DNA of 15,119 nucleotides from Nitrospinota bacterium (GTDB lineage Bacteria; UBA8248): NCBI GenBank assembly GCA_036231405.1, contig JAZAHK010000031.1, positions 1 to 15,119 of the forward strand, read 5' to 3'. Shown piece by piece: positions 1 to 8,236 of this stretch (position 1 is its first letter; each line of letters starts with the position of its first letter). The notes under the pieces were generated by a model. It saw only the letters and a program-made list of their open reading frames with translations, ran no database searches and was not told where the DNA came from. The position numbers and the translations under genes were made by a program.

Positions 1-10
1 AAAAGGAAAA

Positions 11-1054
11 ATGTGGGGATTGCTATCTTCCAAAGAAAAAGGCATGCGAAACCCCTATGAATACGCTGTGAGCGGAAAGTGGTCATTAAATGGCACCAAG
101 ACTTGCATAAAACATAAAGCCGTATATGCAGTAACATCCCCTTCATATAAACTGATAACAAAACCGGCACGAAGCTACTGTTATCAATTTCCTAAAGACG
201 GTCTATCCGGTTTGGGTTTAGGTAAAAAATGGGGGAATTATCGTTTAGCAGCACGACAAATACCTGCTTTTATCACCGAATATAAAAATCCTGGAAAATA
301 CAAAAAATATAACTTGGCAGTAGTGGTTAATGTAGCGCAAAAAACTGGCATGATATTTTTGAAACATTATAAGATCGCAAACAAAAAAGTGAAGTATCGA
401 TTAGCCAGAAATAAGAAAAGAAGAGAACGTGCTATAAGAGAGCAGAAAGAAAAAGAAGATAAAGCGATCAAACAGGCGCAGCAAAAAGCAGAACAAAAAG
501 CCAGGGTCAAAAGAGAAATGTCCACACTTTCTTCTTTCAAAAATGCAAGAGGAAAATGGGGAGTTAAATTTGGTATGACCAAAAGACAGGTAGGAGTAAG
601 TAGCAAAATTTGCACATATCATCACAATACAACAAACCCAAAGTACTCTTCAGTTTCTTGCAATAAAGAACTTTTCGGACTCAAAAGAACTGTTTATTTG
701 TCGTACAGAAAAAATAAAGTTAGCGGAATTACGGTTTATTTAGGAAAACATACCTACTCTGAATGGACAAAACTTCATAAAATCCTTAGTAGAAAATATA
801 AAGTGAACTACAAAGCTAATGCGTCTGATAGGGAGATGTACAATAATAAAAACACAAGTCGTTATTTAAACCTCTACGACAACGGCCGTATCCTCTTGCA
901 GGTAAGTAGAGAATGCGAAAAGCGAGGGGGAAAGTACAGTAACTACAAATGTCTTTGGCACAGAAATGTCACCAAACTTGTATACTGGGATGATATTGAA
1001 GCAAAGGCATTCATGAAATTGATTAAGAAGAGATCGAAAAAAGAGGATTTATAG
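11..1054 (+). CDS. Hypothetical lysine-rich protein with central coiled-coil; possibly 5'-truncated by the window edge
   Basis: 347-aa ORF; frame stays open upstream to position 2 (AAA GGA AAA); charged helical stretch RRERAIREQKEKEDKAIKQAQQKAEQKARVKRE; no family motif recognised. Confidence 0.7.
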   Translation: MWGLLSSKEKGMRNPYEYAVSGKWSLNGTKTCIKHKAVYAVTSPSYKLITKPARSYCYQFPKDGLSGLGLGKKWGNYRLAARQIPAFITEYKNPGKYKKYNLAVVVNVAQKTGMIFLKHYKIANKKVKYRLARNKKRRERAIREQKEKEDKAIKQAQQKAEQKARVKREMSTLSSFKNARGKWGVKFGMTKRQVGVSSKICTYHHNTTNPKYSSVSCNKELFGLKRTVYLSYRKNKVSGITVYLGKHTYSEWTKLHKILSRKYKVNYKANASDREMYNNKNTSRYLNLYDNGRILLQVSRECEKRGGKYSNYKCLWHRNVTKLVYWDDIEAKAFMKLIKKRSKKEDL

Positions 1055-1076
1055 ATTCGAAACAATAAAGGAAGGT

Positions 1077-1487
1077 ATGCCTTTTTACAGAACATCCGAA
1101 CTGAAGATGGAAGATATCGGCACGGGGAATCCGGGAGAATATCAACCTATCCTAGGTGAACTGATGAAAGCAGGTGTCGTTACCTATTACAGGGGAACGG
1201 GCACAAAACCCCACTGGCACAATGTCGATGAACAATTTTTTTACGTCACTGAAGGCAAATGTCTATTCAGACTAGGAGATGAAGAAAAACACATCGAAGA
1301 AGGAGACATTGTATATATTCCAAGGGGAACCATGCATGTTGGGAGAAGCACAACCGATAAATGCGTAATCTGGACGACCAAAAGTCCTGCGGAAGAACCT
1401 AGTCTTGGTGCAGACCACCATTATCCAGAAAATATGCAAGAGATTATCGACAACCTTGAAAGAAAAGCAGAAAAGTTATTTGAATAA
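1077..1487 (+). CDS. Cupin-domain protein (Cupin_2-like)
   Basis: Motif 1 PHWHNVDEQFFYVTEG and motif 2 GDIVYIPRGTMH; purine-rich RBS (AAAGGAAGG) before ATG. Confidence 0.9.
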   Translation: MPFYRTSELKMEDIGTGNPGEYQPILGELMKAGVVTYYRGTGTKPHWHNVDEQFFYVTEGKCLFRLGDEEKHIEEGDIVYIPRGTMHVGRSTTDKCVIWTTKSPAEEPSLGADHHYPENMQEIIDNLERKAEKLFE

Positions 1488-1499
1488 GATTCTTTGTTT

Positions 1500-2402
1500 C
1501 TAACGGGCACGAAGCCTAGGATCTAGAACATTTCGAAGCCAATCTCCCACAAGGTTCGCACCTAGAACCGTAATGGTGATAGCCAATCCAGGAAAAGTAA
1601 CAATCCACCAGGAAACATAAAGATAGGATCTTCCTTCTGCAAGTAGTCCTCCCCATGTAGGTGTTGGCGGCGGGACGCCTAAACCTAAGAAACTAAGACC
1701 GGACTCTATAACTATCAATCTTCCCAGATAAAGAGAGGCAATCACAATAATGGGAGAAAGAACATTGGGAAGAATATGTTTGAAAATAATTCTAAAATTA
1801 CTTCCCCCAGAAGCTCTGGTAGAAGTAACGTATTCACTTTCTCTAATTGCGAGTACATTTCCACGCACAATTCTTGCATAGATGGTCCATTGCCGAAATG
1901 CAATGAGAACGACAATTAACCAGAGGCTTGGGTGGAGTATAGCAATCGTCGCCAGAGCTAAAAGAATAAATGGAAAAGATAAAACAAAATCCACCATACG
2001 CATCAAAATATAGTCTGTAATTCCCCCGTAATATCCAGAGATCAAACCAAGGAAAAGTCCAATACTCCCGGCAATGACCGTTGCTGATATTCCCACAATC
2101 AAGGAAACTCTCGCGCCATAGATCACTCTACTTAACAAATCTCTACCCAAATGATCCGTTCCCAAATAAAAAACCTTTCCGTCTTGCTCATACATCGGAG
2201 GCTTCATTGCTCTATTTAATATTTGCTCATGCGGATCAATAGGTGCAAGCCACGGGGAAAAAAGAGCACAAATCAATACCACAAGCAGTATCGATACTCC
2301 TACTATTGCGAATGGATTTGTTTTTAGCGATTCAAGTAAACGAGATCCTTTGTTGGATGGCATTTCATCGTCTACCTCAGTTTCTAAAACTTTTTCGTTC
2401 AT
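1500..2402 (-). CDS. dppC: Peptide/nickel-type ABC transporter permease, DppC/OppC family
   Basis: LGTDHLGRDLLSRVIYGARVSL, EAA-like loop EYVTSTRASGGS..RIIFKHILPN, ESGLSFLGLGVPPPTPTWG, C-terminal GDWLRNVLDPR. Confidence 0.93.
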   Translation of the reverse strand: MNEKVLETEVDDEMPSNKGSRLLESLKTNPFAIVGVSILLVVLICALFSPWLAPIDPHEQILNRAMKPPMYEQDGKVFYLGTDHLGRDLLSRVIYGARVSLIVGISATVIAGSIGLFLGLISGYYGGITDYILMRMVDFVLSFPFILLALATIAILHPSLWLIVVLIAFRQWTIYARIVRGNVLAIRESEYVTSTRASGGSNFRIIFKHILPNVLSPIIVIASLYLGRLIVIESGLSFLGLGVPPPTPTWGGLLAEGRSYLYVSWWIVTFPGLAITITVLGANLVGDWLRNVLDPRLRAR

Positions 2403-2413
2403 TTTTTCCTTCT

Positions 2414-3331
2414 CTATTTATATTCAATTCTAGGATCAAGATAAACGTACAAAATATCAACAATTAAATTCACCATCACAAAAATGGAGGCTAGTAGAAA
2501 AACGGCAGCTTGAACAATAGGAAAATCACGTTCATGTATTGCTTCTACAGTCAGCCGCCCTACTCCAGGCCAAGCAAATACCGTTTCAGTAATTACAGTG
2601 CCTCCTAAAGTAAGAGCAAGGTCAATACCTAGAACTGTCACAATGGGTATCGAGGAATTTTTCATGGCATGAGAAAATACAACACTAAACTCAGAAACAC
2701 CTTTAGAACGTGCAGTAACAATATAGTCTTGACGTAGCACTTCCAACATTTCTGATCTCATCAGTCTGGCCAGCCTCGCGGTATGAAACATGGCAGCGGT
2801 AAACATCGGCATAATTAAATGGACCCATTGATCATATCCAAATGGGGGAAGCCATTGCAGATGCACAGAGAAAAATAAGATCATCATCAAGCCGAGCCAA
2901 AAATCCGGTATGGCCTGGCCGAGAACAGCAATAGCCATGACCCCCTGATCGTAAAACGTATTTTCTTTAATAGCGGCAATGCAACCTATAGGAAGTCCAA
3001 TAATAATAGAAAAGATAAATGCGGCGGAAGCGAGTTGTATAGTCGCAGGCATATGTTCTAAAACAATTTTGAAAGCAGATTCTCCATGTCCAAAAGATTC
3101 TCCAAAATCTCCTCTCAAAGCTCCTTTAAAATAAATCACATACTGCGTGAACAAAGGTTTATCTAAACCCATTTCATTTCTGAGTTGGGCAATATCTTCT
3201 TCCGTTGCGTCATCTGGCAACATAACTCTTGCAGGGTCTCCGGATAAATGGAGCAACAAAAAAACAAAGACCAAAACACATTTAAGCAAGATTACCGACT
3301 GAATCAAACGTCGGACTAAAAATCCGTACAT
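2414..3331 (-). CDS. dppB: Peptide/nickel-type ABC transporter permease, DppB/OppB family
   Basis: GDPA..GLDKPL..QY..GDFGES, RSEMLEVLRQDYIVTARSKG, ETVFAWPGVG, DILYVYLDPRI; RBS GGAGG on minus strand. Confidence 0.93.
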   Translation of the reverse strand: MYGFLVRRLIQSVILLKCVLVFVFLLLHLSGDPARVMLPDDATEEDIAQLRNEMGLDKPLFTQYVIYFKGALRGDFGESFGHGESAFKIVLEHMPATIQLASAAFIFSIIIGLPIGCIAAIKENTFYDQGVMAIAVLGQAIPDFWLGLMMILFFSVHLQWLPPFGYDQWVHLIMPMFTAAMFHTARLARLMRSEMLEVLRQDYIVTARSKGVSEFSVVFSHAMKNSSIPIVTVLGIDLALTLGGTVITETVFAWPGVGRLTVEAIHERDFPIVQAAVFLLASIFVMVNLIVDILYVYLDPRIEYK

Positions 3332-3391
3332 GCAACCTCCAGAACTTTACTCACACACAAATTTATTTATAGATGAATATGATAAGTTTTC

Positions 3392-3435
3392 AAAAAAAAC
3401 TCTCCCCCTGTCTATAATAAAACAGAGAGAGAGTT
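3392..3435 (-). terminator. Intrinsic terminator-like hairpin with U-tract between the binding-protein gene and dppB
   Basis: Minus-strand RNA AACUCUCUCUCUGU pairs with ACAGGGGGAGAGUU (14 bp, two G-U pairs that work only on this strand), followed by a U-run (A-run 3392-3399 on +). Confidence 0.75.
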
Positions 3436-3443
3436 ATTGAAAT

Positions 3444-5006
3444 CTACTTCCAGCCTGCATCCGATGCGATTACAAGACCGGTATTTCTCATTTTCCAATC
3501 TACGTCTTTTCTCTTTCCGGATATCTCATCCAAATGATAGAGAAAAACTAGATAGGCATTATTACGAATATGTTTATTTAGGTCTTGGTACATTTTAATC
3601 TGCTTTGCTTCATTGGATTCTGCAGCAGCATCCTTGATCATCTTATCAAGAGCAACACTTCGAACACCGCCGTGTGTGGATTTACTGAATAGCAAACCAC
3701 CAAACATCCAAGCTGAATGAAGGGCAATATCATTTCTGCATGCATAGTTCCAGTAAGGCTTACGATGCTTTTCCCATTTTGATCTGCTGTTACGTCTCCA
3801 TGCAGCATATTCTAATGGTGTCACTTTCACTTTGATATTTAATTTCTTTAGATTTCCTGCAATTGCTTCTGCGCCTGCTTGACCTTTCAGATAACGGCCC
3901 TGAGGAACCATTAATGGAACTTCAAAACCTTTTTCAAAACCAGCTTCTTTCATTAATTTTTTTGCTTTCGCTAAATTGTAATGATAAGCATCTATGTTTG
4001 GATTATGTCCAAAACTATCAGGACCTACGACAGTTCCTTTTGCAATTGTCGCATATCCCATCATGACATTTTTAATAATACTTTTTTTATTGATAGCGTA
4101 GTTAACTGCTTGCCTGACTTTCACATTCGTCCAAGGTGCTCCTTTTTTTAAAACCATAATTAAAGAACATGCTTTAGGCCCTGGTCCCTGCACTACGTCT
4201 AAATTTGATTTTGCGCTTACCATAGAGACAAGTTGCGGAGGTATATCTTTAATCATATCGACAGAACCTGCTATCAAAGCAGAAGCACGAGTCGTATTTT
4301 CAGGGATATGTTTAATTACAACTTTCTTGACCTTCTGTTTTGAAGGATTCCAGTAACCTTTTACTGCTTCAAAAACCATCTCAGATCCCTTCTTCCATTT
4401 TGTCAGACGATAAGGACCACTTCCAATTGGATTTCTAGCTAGTTTTTTCAATTTCGTTGCTTTGTAATGTTTTGGTGGCACTACATATGCAAAATCCGCT
4501 AGTGGAGAAAGAAGATACCGATCTGGTGTTTTTGTGTGTATTTGAACCGTATGAGAGTCTACAACTATAACTTTTTTCACACTTCTGAAAAAAGTTTTCA
4601 CACGACTTTTTAATTTCTTGTCAAATAGTCTGTCAATACTATATTTTACCGCATGTGCATCTGCACTTTCCCCGTTGTGAAATTTCACACCTTTACGAAG
4701 TTTAAGTTCAATAACGGTTGGCTTCACAAACTTATACGAAGTAGCAAGGCCAGGCCCTATCTTTCCACTTGGATCTCTTGAAAGTATCCCATCAAAAACT
4801 AGTGGCCATGTTTGCAACATTGGCAATCCAAGACGAACACCTGGGTCAAAAGTAGTTGGCTGCCCTGCCATTCCTATTAACAATTTATCCTTCTTCGCCG
4901 CTGTTACAGGAGAAGAAAACAGTGCTAGCGCTGTTAGTAAAACTAAGAAGATTCCAAGAAACTTAAACTTCTTGCTTATGAAGTTCCTACAAAATGATAA
5001 TTTCAT
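3444..5006 (-). CDS. ABC transporter substrate-binding protein, family 5 (DppA/OppA-like), with signal peptide
   Basis: PGLATSY..LRKGVKFHNG, PIGSGPY, VRQAVNYAIN; basic N-terminus, hydrophobic stretch and VTA|A cleavage-like site; RBS AAGGAGG. Confidence 0.93.
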   Translation of the reverse strand: MKLSFCRNFISKKFKFLGIFLVLLTALALFSSPVTAAKKDKLLIGMAGQPTTFDPGVRLGLPMLQTWPLVFDGILSRDPSGKIGPGLATSYKFVKPTVIELKLRKGVKFHNGESADAHAVKYSIDRLFDKKLKSRVKTFFRSVKKVIVVDSHTVQIHTKTPDRYLLSPLADFAYVVPPKHYKATKLKKLARNPIGSGPYRLTKWKKGSEMVFEAVKGYWNPSKQKVKKVVIKHIPENTTRASALIAGSVDMIKDIPPQLVSMVSAKSNLDVVQGPGPKACSLIMVLKKGAPWTNVKVRQAVNYAINKKSIIKNVMMGYATIAKGTVVGPDSFGHNPNIDAYHYNLAKAKKLMKEAGFEKGFEVPLMVPQGRYLKGQAGAEAIAGNLKKLNIKVKVTPLEYAAWRRNSRSKWEKHRKPYWNYACRNDIALHSAWMFGGLLFSKSTHGGVRSVALDKMIKDAAAESNEAKQIKMYQDLNKHIRNNAYLVFLYHLDEISGKRKDVDWKMRNTGLVIASDAGWK

Positions 5007-5217
5007 ATACCCTCCTTTTATTCTGTGGTTAAAGAAAAAGAAACAGAGAGACCCTCCCCTCCCATAAAAAAAACGAATTCACTAAATTTTCTAAGAATAT
5101 CTAATATTAACACATTCGTTAATTTAGACAAAATAGTAACTTTAATTTCAGAATGCCCTATATTTTGATATAAATGAGGGTAACTGGTTACTTCATATTT
5201 TTCACAAGGAGATCTTC

Positions 5218-5871
5218 ATGAGAGTCACCCCTAAAGACCCTGACAAAGCGGAAGGAATTACCGCCAAGTTTTTTGACGCAAGTAAGAAGCTTAGAGGAAG
5301 AATTCCTAATTCTGTCCGTGCATGGGCACATATTCCGCATATAGCTAAATTCTTTCTCCCTTTTAGTATTACACTGCAAAGAGAAGCTGGGGGAGGAGTT
5401 CTTTCTTCTAAAATAAAAGAAATGGTGGTAATCAAAACCAGCCATGTGAATAACTGTAATTACTGACTTACTCATAACACAGCGCTTGGTCAAGCGGCTG
5501 GAATTTCTGATGAACAGGTTATGGCAATTACTTCAGATAATTACATGGAAGCAAACTGTCTGAACCCGAGAGAAAAAGCTGCTGTACTATGGGCAGAACA
5601 TGTCACAAAAAATACTGCTCGAAACCGGGATGACATCTTTGAGATCATAAAAAAAGTATATAATGAATCGGAAATTGTAGAACTAACGGCTATAAGTTGT
5701 CTTATGAACCTCGTAAATCGTTTTCAAGATTCTTTGCAAGTTCAGCTAGAAGAAGAAGAAGAAGTGAATAAGATCAAAAATTCTGTACAAGTCGATACAA
5801 ACAGGTTGAAAAGTTATCTTTCAGAAGTTATCGATGATTGGCCCAAAGAATTTCCAGAACCAAAAAGTTAA
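5218..5871 (+). CDS. AhpD/carboxymuconolactone decarboxylase-family selenoprotein (217 aa; TGA 5464-5466 = Sec83, motif C-N-Y-U)
   Basis: ORFs 5218-5466 and 5521-5871 share a frame and are joined by stop-free LTHNTALGQAAGISDEQV; KEMVVIKTSHVNNCNY(U)LTH matches the AhpD-like E..N.CxxC core; downstream REKAAVLWAEHVT..EIVELT..NRF is typical of the family; RBS AAGGAG at 5206-5211; hairpin 3' of the TGA. Confidence 0.88.
5480..5500 (+). promoter_or_regulatory. Candidate bacterial SECIS element
   Basis: CAGCGCTT-GGTC-AAGCG(G)CTG: 8-bp stem with one bulged G and a 4-nt loop starting GG, 21 nt after the in-frame TGA. Confidence 0.72.
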
Positions 5872-5925
5872 AAATATTTACGAAAAAATGATTAAAATTC
5901 TAACTATGCATAAACGGAGAATTTC

Positions 5926-6300
5926 ATGGACGACAAATCTAAAGCTCATAAAGATGGAGTAGAAATAATGCGGCAAATGGGAGAGACCCCAAAAGAAGGT
6001 TTAGATAAAATAGATCAAGAATTTTCGGACCTCAGCGTAGAAACCATCTTCGGCGGTGTCTGGGCTAGAGATGGATTAAGCCTTCGGGATCGTGCACTAG
6101 TTACCGTGGCCACTGTCATTGCCCTTGGTAGAGACCCTATGGCAGTAAAACCAAACATTCGACGCGCAATACGTACAGGAATATCTGATCGGGAATTTCG
6201 AGAAATGTTATACCAGGTTATACACTATGCAGGATGGTCTATTGGTGGCCCTGCAATGAAATATTACAAGGAAGTTCTAAAAGAATTGAAAACGGTATAA
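5926..6300 (+). CDS. Carboxymuconolactone decarboxylase (PcaC-like) family protein
   Basis: FGGVWARDGLSLRDRALVTVATVIALG and E.L....HYAGW; no CxxC; RBS GGAG. Confidence 0.87.
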   Translation: MDDKSKAHKDGVEIMRQMGETPKEGLDKIDQEFSDLSVETIFGGVWARDGLSLRDRALVTVATVIALGRDPMAVKPNIRRAIRTGISDREFREMLYQVIHYAGWSIGGPAMKYYKEVLKELKTV

Positions 6301-6310
6301 AGGAAGAATC

Positions 6311-7243
6311 ATGAACCTAGCACATACCCTGAGTTGGAATGATTTTCCAGAAGGGTTTACTCCATTTTTTTTAGATCCTACTGGTGCCAACTTAGAGATA
6401 AAAGAAATCTCTGCTGGTGTTTATGCCCTACTCTCTTCGATTCCAAATGTGGATAACACAGGGTTTATAGTTGGAGACAAAGGAGTTCTTGTTGTAGATT
6501 CACATATTAATATATCGATGGCTAAACAAATACAGGAACGCATCAGAGAAGTAACTGACAAACCAATCCTCTACTTGATAAACTCAAACTATCACGGCGA
6601 TCATACTTTTGGGAATTGTGCATTTGGCACTGAAGTAATTTTAATCCAACATAAAATCACTTCTCAATTGATTGAGTTCTTTGAGGAAGAAAAAGATTTT
6701 CTATTTCCTTGTGTTGGAAATAAACCTGAAATTTACGATGGAATAACACTTCGAAGACCAGACATGATTTTTGATGACTTTCTAGAGATCAATCTAGGCG
6801 GAATCACAGTGGAATTACATTATTTTGGTCCTGCAAATACTCCGGGGGATACAATTACTTACGTTCCGAGTGCAAAATGTGCTTGGACAGGAAATATGAC
6901 AGGAGGGAATCTTATCATCACATTAGAATCAGATGCTTCAACATACTTGGAATCGATTCGAAAATTCTCCAACTTTCTTGATGTAGATTTACTTATCCCA
7001 GCACACAACCCAATGTCGGATGGAAATATCCTCGATAAATATATTCTCTATCTTACCCAATTAATATACTCAGTAGAGAAATCTAAAATAGATGGCAAAA
7101 GCTTAGACGAAACAACTAAAGCTACTCCTTTAGATTTAAATCAACCCTATTCTCCGCCTATTGATCACTCTAGAATTAAGTTTTTTGAAGAATTACATAC
7201 TTTTAATGTTTCAAGGGCTTATGAATCAATATCCATTAGTTAA
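6311..7243 (+). CDS. Metallo-beta-lactamase-fold protein (cyclase-like group) with non-canonical metal ligands
   Basis: NTGFIVGDKGVLVVDS, INSNYHGDHTFGN, GPANTPGD, WTGN, LIPAH in MBL motif order. Confidence 0.88.
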   Translation: MNLAHTLSWNDFPEGFTPFFLDPTGANLEIKEISAGVYALLSSIPNVDNTGFIVGDKGVLVVDSHINISMAKQIQERIREVTDKPILYLINSNYHGDHTFGNCAFGTEVILIQHKITSQLIEFFEEEKDFLFPCVGNKPEIYDGITLRRPDMIFDDFLEINLGGITVELHYFGPANTPGDTITYVPSAKCAWTGNMTGGNLIITLESDASTYLESIRKFSNFLDVDLLIPAHNPMSDGNILDKYILYLTQLIYSVEKSKIDGKSLDETTKATPLDLNQPYSPPIDHSRIKFFEELHTFNVSRAYESISIS

Positions 7244-7284
7244 CCTATTACTTTAACTATTAATAAATTAAGGATTTAAATTTT

Positions 7285-8220
7285 ATGGACAAACGAATAA
7301 TTGGAGGATCTGACGGGATTGAAATTTCCTTAGTAGGGCTTGGTTGTAATGCTTTTGGTAACCGTATAGACGAAACCAGCACACATCAAGTAATCGAATC
7401 AGCGATTGAGTCTGGAATTAACTTTATGGATACAGCAGAGAGTTACGGTGATACTAGGTCTGAAACGTTCATGGGAACGGGTCTTAAAGGAAAAAGAAAC
7501 CAGGTCTTCATCGCCACCAAATTTGGGTTTACCAAGTCTAATGTTGTAGGAAAAAACCGAGGTTCCGTTGAGAATATTCGTGCTTCTGTAGAAATGAGCC
7601 TGCGAAGACTCAAGACTGATTGGATAGATTTATATCAACTTCATCGACCTGATGACCAAACCCCTATCGTAGAGACAATGAGTGCACTCGACGACCTTGT
7701 TAAGGAAGGAAAGATTCGTTTTTACGGATGTTCCTATTTTTCAGGAGACCAATTGTTAAATGCTGTAAAAGAATCAAAGCGAGAAGGCTTGATGGGATTT
7801 ATAACAGCCCAAAATGCTTGGAACGTTTTGGAACGTGACATTGAGGAGTATCTCATACCTGTCTGTAATTCTGAAAACATTCCAATACTTCCCTATTTTC
7901 CTATCGCGAAAGGATTGCTTACAGGAAAATATAAACGGGGTATCGATGCGCCATCAGGAAGCCGTTTGTCAGGAAATAAAGATTTAGAAAATGTAGATTT
8001 CGATATATTGGAGAATCTAGAGTCGTATGCGGAGAATCACGGCTACGACCTATTAACGTTAGCTATTTCATGGCTCGCATCACAATCCGTAACTGCAAGC
8101 GTTATTGCTGGGGCATCGCGTCCAGAACAATGTATCTCCAATACTGCAGCAGCACGTTGGAAAATGACGTCACAGAATTTATCCGAAATTGATGCAATCG
8201 TTTCACCAGAAAACAAATAG
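7285..8220 (+). CDS. Aldo/keto reductase
   Basis: GLGCNAFG, DTAESYG, IATKFG, DLYQLHRPD (D-Y-K-H tetrad present), LVKEGKIR, GLLTGKY. Confidence 0.95.
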   Translation: MDKRIIGGSDGIEISLVGLGCNAFGNRIDETSTHQVIESAIESGINFMDTAESYGDTRSETFMGTGLKGKRNQVFIATKFGFTKSNVVGKNRGSVENIRASVEMSLRRLKTDWIDLYQLHRPDDQTPIVETMSALDDLVKEGKIRFYGCSYFSGDQLLNAVKESKREGLMGFITAQNAWNVLERDIEEYLIPVCNSENIPILPYFPIAKGLLTGKYKRGIDAPSGSRLSGNKDLENVDFDILENLESYAENHGYDLLTLAISWLASQSVTASVIAGASRPEQCISNTAAARWKMTSQNLSEIDAIVSPENK

Positions 8221-8236
8221 GATTCACTTACACATG

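Noticed and set aside
5464-5466. TGA as genome-wide reassignment to Trp or Gly, or as a simple pseudogene stop
   Set aside because: Other genes have no internal TGA, Trp is TGG, and the permease ends at TGA; the position in CxxC plus the hairpin favours Sec over a random nonsense mutation
5188-5493. Minus-strand ORFs of 101 and 77 aa
   Set aside because: Antisense shadows of the AhpD-like gene with no motifs
6311-7243. Calling the MBL-fold gene a subclass B2 carbapenemase because of the NYH motif
   Set aside because: No signal peptide, no site-2 Cys, DH instead of DR, and the catalytic His equivalent is Asn
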